64,000 nt of DNA, taken from positions 62,001 to 126,000 of the forward strand of contig JBEKXF010000002.1 in the NCBI GenBank assembly GCA_049512315.1. Direction: 5' to 3'. This document shows positions 17,542 to 27,812 of this stretch, piece by piece. The notes under the pieces were generated by a model. The model worked only from the letters and a program-made list of their open reading frames with translations, ran no database searches and was not told the DNA's origin. The number at the start of each line of letters is the position of its first letter. The stretch's first letter is position 1. Both the position numbers and the translations under genes were made by a program. The DNA is from Candidatus Aminicenantales bacterium (GTDB lineage: Bacteria; Acidobacteriota; Aminicenantia; Aminicenantales; Saccharicenantaceae).

Positions 17542-19581
17542 CTATTTCTTGACCGTCGGAAAAGACGAGACTCTGAGCCGGGCGCATCCCATCGGGACGA
17601 GCTCGACCTCTTCCACAGGCCCTATCGCCTCGGCCGGGCTCGGCGGCACGAGGCCGGCCATCCGGCCCTCCGCCCGCCACCCCGGGACCCTCCGGGCCTT
17701 GACCTTCAGGACGACCGGCGCGGCGGCAGGCTCGAACGGCTGGTAGGGTGGCATTTTCTGAGAGGCCACCCGGATCGTGGCACCGGGGTTGGCCGGGTTC
17801 ACCAGGAGGCCGTAGTTCCACCCCGTTGTCGGCAGGATCTCGAAGGCCGGCCAGGCATCCGTTCCGCCATAGCGCTTCCATTCCTCCCCGATCTTCAGCG
17901 AAAACCAGAGCGGCCCCCTCCGTACGGAGACGGCGTTCCCGATCCGCGGCCAGAGAACGACCCGGATGTCCATCAGGAATTCGACGCGGACCTGGTCCCC
18001 GTGCCTCCAAAGACGATTGAGGACGGCATAGCCCGGACCCGCGAGATCCCCTTCGACCTCCCGGCCGTTGACCTCGACGCGGACCTTCGTCGCCCAGCCG
18101 GGGATCCTGAGATAGAGGGGAAATTCGACCGGCCGCTCGGCCGCGACCGTCAGGTCGACATGGTCCCCGAACGGATAGGACGTGTCCTCCGAAACACAGA
18201 CCTTCACGCCATCGCCCACCACGGCGCTGACGGCCGACGGAGCGTAGAGGACGGCCGCCAGGCCGTTGTCGGCGGTGGCCATCCACAGGTGTTCGGCGAA
18301 ATACGGCCAGCCGAAGGCGACGTTGTGCTGGCAGCAGCGGTAGCTCCATGGGCCGTACGAAACGAGCGTCCCGCTGTTTTGGAAGTCGTGATCCCCGGAG
18401 CTGTCGCAGGAGATCAGATTAGGCGCCGTCAGGTAATGAAGGCCCTTCAGGTCCGGCGTCATCGAGGCGGGAAGGGAATTGAAGGCGATCTCCTCCGCCC
18501 GGTCGGCCCAGACCGGGTCGCCGGTGATCCTGAGGAGGGACTCGAAGCTGGCCATGAACTCGACCATGGAGCAGGTCTCGGCACCCTGGCGGGGGTCGAC
18601 CTTGCCGGGCCGGATGTTCTCGTCGGCCCCGAACATCCCTCCCGGCTGCTGCCCATACTCGTCCATGAGCTGGCGGTAGTTGCGCTCGACCGCCTCGAGG
18701 TATTTCCATTCCCTGGACTGCTGATAGTAGACTGCCGGCTGGCGGATGCCCATGGTAATGTTGACGCCGTGGTAAAACCCGCTCTCCGTCCAGTTTTTGT
18801 CCCGAGCCGGGGTCAGGATGGGAGAGGTCCAGTCCGAGGTCCGTTCGAAGACCCGGCGGGCGAGGTCAAGGAGGAAGTTCTCGCCGGTCCGGTTGTAAAG
18901 CCAGTAGATGCTCTCGAGATTGTCCCCGCCACGGAGCTTCTGCCAGCTCCCCGGCAGGAGGTTGTCCACCGGGATATGGTACTGGTACTGGAAATAATGG
19001 CTCATAAGCGAGATGACCCGCCGATCCCCCGTGACATCATAGTAGCTCTGCAGGGCGAACAGCATGACCATGTTCGGCCAGAGGTCGCGGGCCGCCTTGT
19101 TGTCGGCCGGCCCGAACCAGCCGTCCGGCTGCTGCGACTTGAGAACATAGGTGATCCAGCGCTCGGTTTCCTTGCGGATGCCGGGGTCCTTCAGAAGGTA
19201 GCCGAGATCACCGTACCCTTTGAGCCAATACGGCAGTTCTTCCCAGCCCTTGCCCTTGAGGGTGATCCAGCCGCTGTCATCTCTCAAGAAAGGGCTGATC
19301 TCGGCCAACCGTCCGGTGAAGCCCTCCCGCATGAGCTGGAGCTGGCTGAGGAGCCAGCCGCGGGGTTCGACCGTGCCGATCGGGAGCTTCACGAGCGGGC
19401 TCACGGCGAGCGGCGAGCGGTTGGAGACGTAATGGGCCCCGGGATGGGAAACCTGCGGGAGCCTGACGGTCCTCGGTTCAGAGCCGAAGTCCTGGCCGCT
19501 GCCGATGAACCCGGCGAGCAGGAAGCCCGAAAGAAGCAGCCCGGGAACGAGGAGATTCCTCAATAAAAAACTCCACTCCAT
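17542..19581 (-). CDS. GH127/GH146-like beta-L-arabinofuranosidase family protein (exported; alternative TTG start near 19563)
   Basis: GWEE.PYW, HGVN, GAETC, RCCQHN Cys motifs, T.YPF, LRIPGW. Confidence 0.85.
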   Translation of the reverse strand: MEWSFLLRNLLVPGLLLSGFLLAGFIGSGQDFGSEPRTVRLPQVSHPGAHYVSNRSPLAVSPLVKLPIGTVEPRGWLLSQLQLMREGFTGRLAEISPFLRDDSGWITLKGKGWEELPYWLKGYGDLGYLLKDPGIRKETERWITYVLKSQQPDGWFGPADNKAARDLWPNMVMLFALQSYYDVTGDRRVISLMSHYFQYQYHIPVDNLLPGSWQKLRGGDNLESIYWLYNRTGENFLLDLARRVFERTSDWTSPILTPARDKNWTESGFYHGVNITMGIRQPAVYYQQSREWKYLEAVERNYRQLMDEYGQQPGGMFGADENIRPGKVDPRQGAETCSMVEFMASFESLLRITGDPVWADRAEEIAFNSLPASMTPDLKGLHYLTAPNLISCDSSGDHDFQNSGTLVSYGPWSYRCCQHNVAFGWPYFAEHLWMATADNGLAAVLYAPSAVSAVVGDGVKVCVSEDTSYPFGDHVDLTVAAERPVEFPLYLRIPGWATKVRVEVNGREVEGDLAGPGYAVLNRLWRHGDQVRVEFLMDIRVVLWPRIGNAVSVRRGPLWFSLKIGEEWKRYGGTDAWPAFEILPTTGWNYGLLVNPANPGATIRVASQKMPPYQPFEPAAAPVVLKVKARRVPGWRAEGRMAGLVPPSPAEAIGPVEEVELVPMGCARLRVSSFPTVKK

Positions 19582-19653
19582 CTTTTCATTAATATATGGA
19601 TTCGTCCTCCCGGAGTCAACCGTTCCGTAGGCCTCCCCGGCCGGGCCGGCGCC

Positions 19654-21507
19654 TCACCAGGCGATGCCGTAATCTTCGCCGTAGTTGCTGCTCCCGCCCC
19701 AGAACGTGCCGTGGGCTTGGTCGAAGAAAATGGCATTGATGGGGCCCGACGTGTATTTCTTGACGGAAAGGACATAGCCCATGGCCTTGAGCCTGTCGCG
19801 CACGGCCTGGGGGACCCTCTCGTTGATCTCGAGCCGGCCGGGCAGGCACTTGTGGTCATTGAAAGAGTCGTGCATCTCAAAGCTCGTGATATTGGGAGCC
19901 TCGCAGGCCTCCTGCACGTTCATGCCGAATTCGACGACGTTGAGGAAAAACTGGAGCAGATTCTGGTCCTGGGTATCCCCGCCCTGGACGGCGAACGACA
20001 GGAAGGGTTTTCCGTCCCGCAGGGCCAGGCCCGGCGTCAGGGTCGACCGGGGCCTCTTCCCCGGTTCGATGACGTTGAACGGGTTCTTGAATCTGTCGAG
20101 GACGAAGCTCTGGGCGCGCTGGCTCATCCCGAGCCCCGTCGCCCCCGCGATGACGCAGGGGACCCAGCCGCCGCTCGGAGTGACGGAAACGACCCAGCCC
20201 TCTTTGTCGGCGGCCTCGATCGACGTCGTGCCGGTCCGGAAGCTCCGCTCCAAGGCCAAGGCCTCTTCCTCGGTCAGGGACTCCGTTTTCTCGCGGCCCC
20301 ACGTGAGCCAGCGATCGAGGTCGCCGAGATAGGGGTTCTTCTTCCCCTCGAAGGGATAGGGGTCGCCGGGCTTCGTGTCCGGGTCGTTCCTCTTCCAGTC
20401 GATGAGCTTGGCCCTTTCCCTGGCATAGTCCTTGGAGAGAAGGCCTGGGAGAGGCTCCATGGGAGGGAAGTACGGGTCGCCGTAGTAGAAATCCCGGTCC
20501 GCGAAGGCCAGGTTCATGACCTGGTAGAGGGCGTGGATATACTCCGCGCTGTTGTATCCCATGGCCTTGAGGTCCATGGGCTCGAGCATGTTCAGGGCCT
20601 GAAGCATGACCGGCCCTTGGACCCAGCTCGTCAACTTGAAGATCTCAATGCCTTTGTAATTCGTGGAAACCGGCTCCTCGATGTGGACCTTCCATCCCGC
20701 GAGATCGCCCAGGGTGATGAGCCCGCCGGCCTCCGAAGAGCCCCGGACGAAGTCCCGGGCGATATCACCCCCATAGAAGCGGTCGTACGCCGCGTAGATC
20801 GCCTCTTTTCTCCCTTTCCCCCCGGCCAGGGCTTTCTGCTCGGCCTCGACCAGCTTGCGGAGAGTTTCGAGGAGCTCCGGCTGGCGGAAAATCTCGCCCG
20901 GCCGCGGCGCCTCCCGTGATCCGCCGAGATGCGGCAGGAAGACCTTCTTGGAGAAAGGCCACTGCTTGATCTTCTCCTTGTCCCTCTCGATCCTGTCGCA
21001 AAGCTCCTTCTCGACCGGATAGCCTTCGGCCATCCTGAGGGAGGGCTCGAGGACATCCTTGAGGCTGAGCGTGCCGAACTCGGCCAGCATGGTGATGAGC
21101 CCGCCCGGCGTTCCGGGCGTCACGGCGGCGAGGGGGCCGTCGGCCGGAGGATATTCATACCCCTTGCTCTTATAGAAATCGGCCGTCGCTCCCGTCGGCG
21201 CGACACCAAGGGCATTGATCCCCAGGACCTTTCCCGTCTTCGGGTTGTAGATCAGGGCCTGGGTCTCCCCTCCCCAGCTCAGGACATCGTGCATGGTGCA
21301 GACGGCCCCCAGCATGGCGCAGGCGGCGTCGACCGCGTTCCCGCCTTTCATGAAGATCATGGCCCCGGCCGTCGCGGCCAGCGGTTTGCCGGTGATGGCC
21401 ACCCAGTTCCGGCCGTGGAGGACCGGTTTCTCCGTCCTCTGCGCGGGCGGCGCGAAGCTCATGGCGGGGATAGCCAGAATGACGATGGCCAAGATGATGG
21501 TTTTCAT
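19654..21507 (-). CDS. ggt: Gamma-glutamyltransferase (exported)
   Basis: GGNAVDAA, PG..G, LAFADRD, autocatalytic GTTS, PGKRPRSTL. Confidence 0.92.
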   Translation of the reverse strand: MKTIILAIVILAIPAMSFAPPAQRTEKPVLHGRNWVAITGKPLAATAGAMIFMKGGNAVDAACAMLGAVCTMHDVLSWGGETQALIYNPKTGKVLGINALGVAPTGATADFYKSKGYEYPPADGPLAAVTPGTPGGLITMLAEFGTLSLKDVLEPSLRMAEGYPVEKELCDRIERDKEKIKQWPFSKKVFLPHLGGSREAPRPGEIFRQPELLETLRKLVEAEQKALAGGKGRKEAIYAAYDRFYGGDIARDFVRGSSEAGGLITLGDLAGWKVHIEEPVSTNYKGIEIFKLTSWVQGPVMLQALNMLEPMDLKAMGYNSAEYIHALYQVMNLAFADRDFYYGDPYFPPMEPLPGLLSKDYARERAKLIDWKRNDPDTKPGDPYPFEGKKNPYLGDLDRWLTWGREKTESLTEEEALALERSFRTGTTSIEAADKEGWVVSVTPSGGWVPCVIAGATGLGMSQRAQSFVLDRFKNPFNVIEPGKRPRSTLTPGLALRDGKPFLSFAVQGGDTQDQNLLQFFLNVVEFGMNVQEACEAPNITSFEMHDSFNDHKCLPGRLEINERVPQAVRDRLKAMGYVLSVKKYTSGPINAIFFDQAHGTFWGGSSNYGEDYGIAW

Positions 21508-21579
21508 CGGACCTCCTTCGGCAAGGGCCTGGATCGCGTGACCCGCTCATCGTATCAACCTCGCGGCCATTTGACAAGA

Positions 21580-21607
21580 TTGGCGAATTCTCCGTTTGTG
21601 CTATAAT
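21580..21607 (+). promoter_or_regulatory. Putative sigma70 promoter for the oxidoreductase operon
   Basis: TTGGCG-N16-TATAAT with extended -10 TG. Confidence 0.45.
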
Positions 21608-21638
21608 AGCCGCCTTTGTAGGGCCATCCACGAGGATC

Positions 21639-23807
21639 ATGGATGAAGACGTGAACCCGTCATCGAGACGTGAAGGAGCCTGCCCTCCCGTGCACCGCAT
21701 CGACCAGCACCCCATCCTGCCCATCCCGCCTCGCGCCGAAGTGTCTTTTACGTGGCGGGGCCGGACGCTTGCGGCGCTCGAGGGAGAAACCATGGCCTCA
21801 GCCCTCTTCGCCAACGGTGTCCGGATCTTCGGCCATCATGCCAAGGACGGGGCCGCCCAGGGCATCTTCTGCGCCAACGGCCAGTGCGCCCAGTGTCTCG
21901 TCCTCGCGGACGGGGCCCCGGTGAAATCCTGCATGGAGCTCATCAGGCGGGAGGTCAGGCTGGAGCCCGTGGAAGGCCTTCCGGTCCTCCCCGGTGTTCC
22001 TCAGGGCGCGGACCCTTCCCATTTCTTTAAGGATATCGAGGAGGTCCGTGTCCCCGTCCTTGTCATCGGCGGCGGGCCGGCCGGCCTGTCGGCCGGCATC
22101 GAGCTCGGCCGGCGCGGGATCGAAACCATCATTGTCGACGACAAGCACCGCCTCGGGGGGAAGCTCGTCCTCCAGACCCATCGTTTTTTCGGCTCCATCG
22201 AGGCCGTCTACGCCGGCACTCGGGGGATCGATATCGCCACCAGGCTCGAGAACGAGGTCCGGTCCTTCCCGAGCCTCCGCATCTGGCTCCAGACGACCGC
22301 CCTGGCCGTTTTCAGTGACCGGAAGGTGGGGCTCCTCGTCGAGGGACAAAAATACGTCCTTGTCTCGCCCGACGTCCTGCTGGTCACGGCCGGCGCGCGC
22401 GAAAAAAACCTGGCTTTTCCGGGGAACACGTTGCCCGGGGTCTACGGCGCGGGGGCCTTCCAGACCCTCGTCAATCGCGACCTGGTCAAGCCCACCGACC
22501 GCCTTTTCATCGTCGGCGGAGGGAATGTCGGGCTCATCGCCGGCTACCATGCCCTCCAGGCGGGGATCCCGGTCGCCGGCCTCGTCGAGGTCATGCCCGA
22601 GTGCGGAGGGTACAAGGTCCATCGCGACAAGCTCGCCCGCCTGGGCGTCCCGATCCATACGTCGCACACGGTCCTCAGCGCCAACGGGACGGATAGCGTC
22701 GAATCCGTGAGCATCGCCAGGGTCGATGAGCGCTTCCGGCCCGTCCCCGGGACGGAGAGGTCGTTCGCCTGCGACACGGTCCTGATCGCCGTCGGCCTCG
22801 ACCCCGTCAACGAATTCTACGACAAGGCCCGGGAGTTCGGCATGACGGCCTTCGCGGCCGGCGACGCGGAGGAGATCGCCGAGGCCTCTGCGGCCATCTT
22901 CTCCGGCAAGATCCGGGGGCTCGAAGTGGCCCGGTCGCTGGGACACGATGTCGGGGAGATCTCCGAGGACTGGTACCGGACGGCCGACATCCTGAAGTCC
23001 AAGCCCGGGAAGACCTCACCGGAGGCGGTCCCGGCCGAAGAGAGCGGGGTCTTTCCCGTACTTCACTGCAATCAGGAGATCCCCTGCGACCCCTGCACGG
23101 CGGTCTGCCCGAACAAGCTCATCGACATCGACAGGACCGATATCCGGTCTCTGCCCGCGTTCCTCATCAATAGGGACGGCAAGGGCTGCACGGGCTGCGA
23201 GAAATGCGTCGCTATCTGCCCGGGCCTGGCCATCACGATGGTCGACTACCGCAAGGACCTGGAGTTCCCGACGGTGGCCATCCCCCTCGAGTTCCTCAAA
23301 GAGACGCTCAAGGCCGGTGACACGGTCGTCGTCGAGGACACCGAAGGCCTGGCCCTGGGCCGGGTGGAGGTGGCCGCGGTCAAAGCCATCAAGGCCAACG
23401 ACCGGACTGTGATCGTCAAGGTCCGGGCGCCCAAGGGATATGCCAAGAGGATCGCGGGGATCAGGCTGCAACCCGAAGAAGAGAGCGAGCCCATGGCCCG
23501 CTGGGTCGAGAGGACGGCCGACGACACGATCATCTGCCGCTGCGAACGGGTCACGGCGGGCGAGATCCGCCGTCTCATCCGCGCGGGCTCACGCGACATC
23601 AACGAGATCAAGGCCTTGACCAGGGCGAGCATGGGGTCCTGCGGCGCCAAGACCTGCACGCCCCTGATCCACCGCCTGTTCCGGGAAGAGGGCGTCCCGG
23701 AATCCGAGATCATCGACCAGCCGAAGAGGCCCCTGTTCATGGAAGTGCCGCTCGCCATTTTCGCCGGACTCGCCGGCGAGGAGGAGAAAGACCATGGCGG
23801 CGAATAG
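21639..23807 (+). CDS. Multidomain Fe-S flavoprotein (2Fe-2S, FAD/NAD(P) oxidoreductase, 4Fe-4S dicluster, BFD-like 2Fe-2S); sarcosine oxidase/proline dehydrogenase alpha-like. Alternative GTG start at 21690
   Basis: FCANGQCAQC; GGGPAG and GGGNVG; C...PCDPC...CP and CTGCEKCVAICP; ICRCE...GSCG..C. Confidence 0.88.
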   Translation: MDEDVNPSSRREGACPPVHRIDQHPILPIPPRAEVSFTWRGRTLAALEGETMASALFANGVRIFGHHAKDGAAQGIFCANGQCAQCLVLADGAPVKSCMELIRREVRLEPVEGLPVLPGVPQGADPSHFFKDIEEVRVPVLVIGGGPAGLSAGIELGRRGIETIIVDDKHRLGGKLVLQTHRFFGSIEAVYAGTRGIDIATRLENEVRSFPSLRIWLQTTALAVFSDRKVGLLVEGQKYVLVSPDVLLVTAGAREKNLAFPGNTLPGVYGAGAFQTLVNRDLVKPTDRLFIVGGGNVGLIAGYHALQAGIPVAGLVEVMPECGGYKVHRDKLARLGVPIHTSHTVLSANGTDSVESVSIARVDERFRPVPGTERSFACDTVLIAVGLDPVNEFYDKAREFGMTAFAAGDAEEIAEASAAIFSGKIRGLEVARSLGHDVGEISEDWYRTADILKSKPGKTSPEAVPAEESGVFPVLHCNQEIPCDPCTAVCPNKLIDIDRTDIRSLPAFLINRDGKGCTGCEKCVAICPGLAITMVDYRKDLEFPTVAIPLEFLKETLKAGDTVVVEDTEGLALGRVEVAAVKAIKANDRTVIVKVRAPKGYAKRIAGIRLQPEEESEPMARWVERTADDTIICRCERVTAGEIRRLIRAGSRDINEIKALTRASMGSCGAKTCTPLIHRLFREEGVPESEIIDQPKRPLFMEVPLAIFAGLAGEEEKDHGGE

Positions 23808-24954
23808 ACTGTTCGACGTCATCGTCATCGGCGCCGGAAGCGTCGGAACGCCCGCCGCCATGTCCATGGCCGAAGCGGGCCTCCGGACCCTCGTCATCGA
23901 AGAGCTCCCGAGCGTCGGCCAGGGTTCGAACAAGCGGGCCATCGGAGGCCTGCGGGCGACCCACTCCGACCCGGCCAAGATCCGGGTCTGCCTCCGCTCC
24001 CTAGACGTTTTCTCCACCTGGGAAGAGCGTTTCGGGGACAAGATCGAGTGGCGCAGGGGCGGCTATTCGTTCGTCGCCTACCGGGAAGAGGAAGAAAAAA
24101 GCCTGAGAGGGCTTTTGCCCTTCCAGAAGTCGAACGGCCTCAAGATCGACTGGCTCGACCGTCATGACCTGCTCGAGGCCGTGCCCGACCTCAATCCCAA
24201 CGGCCTCATCGGGGGGACGCTGTCGCCCGACGACGGGAATGCCTCTCCCCTTCTCGCCTCCCATGCTTTCTCCCGCCGGGCCACGAGCCTGGGCGTCGAA
24301 TTCCTGTTCAACGAAAAGGTCACGGAGTTGATCACGGCGGGCGGCCGGGTGACGGGCGTCCGGACGGACAGGGGTCAATACGCGGCCGGATCCGTCGTCG
24401 ACGCGGCAGGCGCCCGAGGCGCCGAGGTGGCCCGGCTGGCCGGACTCGATGTCCCGGTCTGGCCGGACTCGCACGAAGGCGCCGTCACGGAGGCCGTGGC
24501 CCGCTTTCTCGATCCCATGATCGTCGACATCCGGCCCATGGAGGGCTCGGCCAACTATTATTTCTACCAGCACGATACCGGCCAGGTCATTTTCTGCATC
24601 ACGCCGGATCCCAGCCTCTGGGGTTTCGACGTCAGGGAAACGAGCTCCTTCTTGCCAATGGTGGCCAAGCGGATGGTGGAGATTATTCCACGCCTCAAGA
24701 ACCTCCGCGTCCGAAGGACGTGGCGTGGCCTCTATCCGATGACCCCGGACGGCCTGCCCATCGTCGGGGAAGAGCAAGAAGCCCCGGGCTTCATCCTGGC
24801 CGTCGGAATGTGCGGGCAGGGTTTCATGCTCGGCCCGGGTCTGGGCGAGCTTCTGGCTCGCCTGGTCCAGGGAAATCTTACTGACGAGGACCGGGACACA
24901 CTGGCCTATTTCAGCCCCCGCCGGGAGTTCAAGGGGCAAGAACAGCTGAAATAG
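23794..24954 (+). CDS. DAO-family FAD oxidoreductase (sarcosine oxidase/proline dehydrogenase beta-like)
   Basis: IGAGSVG, W.GLYPMTPDG.PIVG, GMCGQGFMLGP; overlaps the upstream gene. Confidence 0.88.
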   Translation: MAANRLFDVIVIGAGSVGTPAAMSMAEAGLRTLVIEELPSVGQGSNKRAIGGLRATHSDPAKIRVCLRSLDVFSTWEERFGDKIEWRRGGYSFVAYREEEEKSLRGLLPFQKSNGLKIDWLDRHDLLEAVPDLNPNGLIGGTLSPDDGNASPLLASHAFSRRATSLGVEFLFNEKVTELITAGGRVTGVRTDRGQYAAGSVVDAAGARGAEVARLAGLDVPVWPDSHEGAVTEAVARFLDPMIVDIRPMEGSANYYFYQHDTGQVIFCITPDPSLWGFDVRETSSFLPMVAKRMVEIIPRLKNLRVRRTWRGLYPMTPDGLPIVGEEQEAPGFILAVGMCGQGFMLGPGLGELLARLVQGNLTDEDRDTLAYFSPRREFKGQEQLK

Positions 24955-24972
24955 AAAAGGAGCGATCCCGAG

Positions 24973-25968
24973 ATGGCGACAGCCTCCCCGGACCTTAAAA
25001 TCCCCCGCCGGCTCGGCCGTTCCGAGCTCATGGTGACCCCCATCGGGCTGGGCTGCTGGCAGTTCAGCCAGGGCCGCGGTCTGATCGGAAATTATTGGAC
25101 GGTCCTTGACGATGCGGAGATCCAACGGATTCTCGCCGGAAGTCTGGAGGGCGGCCTCAATTGGTTCGATACCGCCGAGGCCTACGGCGGCGGGGAATCG
25201 GAAAAGGTTCTTGCCCGGGGCCTCCAGAGCCTGGGCAAGCGTCCCGGCGAGGTCATCATTGCCACCAAATGGAACCCGTTCCTCAGGCAGTCCTCCTCGA
25301 TCTCCAGGACGATCGATACCCGGCTCCGGAACCTTGCACCCTTCCCGGTCGACCTTCATCAGGTCCACAATCCCTTTTCCCTTTCTTCCATCGAATCCCA
25401 GGTCCGGGCCATGGCCGGTCTGGTCCAGAGCGGAAGGATCCGATATGTCGGGGTCAGCAATTTCTCCAGAAAACAAATGGAAAGGGCCCATCGGGAGCTC
25501 CAGAAATCGGGGCTTCCCCTGGTCTCGAACCAGGTCCGCTACAGCCTCCTCGATCGGCGGATCGAAGCGAACGGGGTTCTCGAAGCGGCCAAGGACCTCG
25601 GGATCTCCATTATCGCCTATTCCCCTCTCGCCCAAGGGATCCTCACGGGGAAATTTCACGACGACCCCCAACTCATCAAGAGCCGGCCGGGTTTCCGGAA
25701 ATACATGGGCGCGTTCAAGCCCAGGGGCCTCGAAAAAAGCAGGCCCGTCGTCGAAACCCTCCGCAGGATCGCCCCGAAATACGGGGCGACGGCCGCCCAG
25801 GTTGCGCTCAACTGGGTCATTTCTTTCCTTGGGGAGACAGTGGTGGCCATCCCGGGGGCCAGCTCCGCGGGCCAGGTCCAGGATCTCACATCCGCGATGT
25901 CTTTCCGCCTGTCCGCCGAGGACATGGAGGAACTGGACCGCGTTTCGATCCCTTTCCAGAGGTCGTGA
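24973..25968 (+). CDS. Aldo/keto reductase
   Basis: GLGCWQ, FDTAEAYG, IATK, GVSNF, AYSPLAQGILTGK, AQVALNW..IPGA. Confidence 0.93.
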   Translation: MATASPDLKIPRRLGRSELMVTPIGLGCWQFSQGRGLIGNYWTVLDDAEIQRILAGSLEGGLNWFDTAEAYGGGESEKVLARGLQSLGKRPGEVIIATKWNPFLRQSSSISRTIDTRLRNLAPFPVDLHQVHNPFSLSSIESQVRAMAGLVQSGRIRYVGVSNFSRKQMERAHRELQKSGLPLVSNQVRYSLLDRRIEANGVLEAAKDLGISIIAYSPLAQGILTGKFHDDPQLIKSRPGFRKYMGAFKPRGLEKSRPVVETLRRIAPKYGATAAQVALNWVISFLGETVVAIPGASSAGQVQDLTSAMSFRLSAEDMEELDRVSIPFQRS

Positions 25969-26043
25969 CGGCAAGACAGATCACAGGGGGTACGGCGATC
26001 ACGGAGGACGCTTCAAAGCCGGGGTTCGCTTCAGGCAGCGACG

Positions 26044-26802
26044 TCATTTGACGAAGAACGTCTGGCCGGCGCATGCGACGATCTTCATATCGATCTCATA
26101 AACCTCGCGGAGGAGCGGCTCGCTCAGGACCTCCGACGGCGCGCCGGAGGCGACGACCCGCCCTTTCTTCATGAAAACCATGGCGTCGCTGTACCTGACG
26201 GCCATCTCCAGGTTGTGCAGGGTCACGATGACCGTCTTCCCCTTCTCTTCGGCCAGCCTTCGGCAGAGGGTCATGGTCTCGACCTCGTGCCGGGGGTCGA
26301 GGAAAGACGTCGGCTCGTCGAGGAGCAGGATGTCCGGCCCCTGGGCTAGGGCCCGGGCGATGAGGACCAGCCGTCTCTCCCCCGAGCTCAGCTCCAGGAA
26401 CGGCCGGCGGCCCCGGCCGTTGAGCCCGACATAATGGAGGGCGTCATCGGCGAGTGAAACGTCGTGGGCCGATGGCGACGAGAAGGCCGCGATGAATGCC
26501 GCCCGGCCCGTCAAGACGAAGTCCAGGACCGTGTAATTGAACGTGAACGACGGCTCCTGAGGGACATAGCCGACGAGCTTGGCCCTCTCCCTTCCCCGGA
26601 GATCCGTCAGGTCTTTCCCATCCGCGAAGAGCGACCGGCGGGGCGCGGGAAGGACGGACGCGGCGCACTTGAGGAAAGTCGATTTCCCCGCTCCGTTGGG
26701 GCCTACGATTGACGTCACCCGGCCGTCGGCGAAGGTCAGGGAGCCGACCTCGAGCCGGAAATCCTCGTAGGAAAAGGCCAGGTTCTCAACCCTTAATCTC
26801 AT
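26044..26802 (-). CDS. Iron-chelate/cobalamin ABC transporter ATPase
   Basis: GPNGAGKST, LSSGE signature, LLLDEPT, H-loop. Confidence 0.92.
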   Translation of the reverse strand: MRLRVENLAFSYEDFRLEVGSLTFADGRVTSIVGPNGAGKSTFLKCAASVLPAPRRSLFADGKDLTDLRGRERAKLVGYVPQEPSFTFNYTVLDFVLTGRAAFIAAFSSPSAHDVSLADDALHYVGLNGRGRRPFLELSSGERRLVLIARALAQGPDILLLDEPTSFLDPRHEVETMTLCRRLAEEKGKTVIVTLHNLEMAVRYSDAMVFMKKGRVVASGAPSEVLSEPLLREVYEIDMKIVACAGQTFFVK

Positions 26803-27812
26803 AGCCAGATCTTCCCGGACCTCTTGAGCAGGACGATGAAGAGCGGGATCCCGACGACGCTCGTCAGGATGCCGATGGGAATTTCGAACGAGGCCGCGTT
26901 CCGGGCGATGTCGTCGGCGACGATGAGGAGGCTCGCCCCGAGGGCCGCCGAAAGCGGGATGACCTTCCGGTTATCCGCCCCAACCATCATCCGGACAAGA
27001 TGGGGCACGATCAGCCCGACCCAGTTGATGACCCCGGTCACGGAGGTCGCGGCCGCCGTCGTCAGGGTGGCGACGGCGATGACCAGCCCCTTCTCCCACT
27101 TGACGTTGACGCCCAACGCCCGGGCCTCATCGTCCCCGAGCGAGAGCACGTTCAGACGCCAGCGGAGGAGGATGAGGATGACGATGCCGAGTCCGATGAC
27201 GGGCAGGGTCATGGCCAGGTCTTTCCAGATGGCCTGGGACAGGCTTCCCATGAGCCAGAAGATGAGGGCCTGGAGCGCGTAAGGGTTGGCGAAAAACTCG
27301 ACGAGCGAGAGCAGGGCCTGGAAGAGGGCGGACACGATGACGCCGGAAAGCAGGACGGGGACGATCTGCGAGACGGATCTCCCGGCAATGACGAGGACGA
27401 GGAGGACAGCCAGGACGGCGAAGGCAAAGGCCGCGAGCTGGGGCGGGAATCCGTGCCCCAGGAAAACCAGCGAAAGGGCCGCGCCGAAAGCCGCCCCGTA
27501 GGAGATGCCCAAGCTGAACTCAAAGACAAGAGGATTTTTGAAAATGGCCTGGAGGGAAGCCCCTGAGACCGACAGGGCGGCGCCGGCGAACAGGGCCAGG
27601 AGGAGCCGGGGCAGCCGGATCCGGAAAATGATGTCGGCGGCCGGCGAGGCCGCGGCCGGTCCCGAAGCCGGGCCATGGGCGATGGTCGCCCAGACCTCCT
27701 TAAAAGGGATGTAGTACGAGCCCAGGTTCAGGGAGAGGACGAGGAGGACGACGGGCAGGGCGAAGGCCGCCCAGACGAGCCAGCCCGATCCCTTACTCGC
27801 GGCGCCACTCAT
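26799..27812 (-). CDS. FecCD/BtuC family ABC permease
   Basis: IRLPR, Q.IFKNPL, LGDDEARALG, WVGLIVPH, EIPIG. Confidence 0.92.
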   Translation of the reverse strand: MSGAASKGSGWLVWAAFALPVVLLVLSLNLGSYYIPFKEVWATIAHGPASGPAAASPAADIIFRIRLPRLLLALFAGAALSVSGASLQAIFKNPLVFEFSLGISYGAAFGAALSLVFLGHGFPPQLAAFAFAVLAVLLVLVIAGRSVSQIVPVLLSGVIVSALFQALLSLVEFFANPYALQALIFWLMGSLSQAIWKDLAMTLPVIGLGIVILILLRWRLNVLSLGDDEARALGVNVKWEKGLVIAVATLTTAAATSVTGVINWVGLIVPHLVRMMVGADNRKVIPLSAALGASLLIVADDIARNAASFEIPIGILTSVVGIPLFIVLLKRSGKIWL

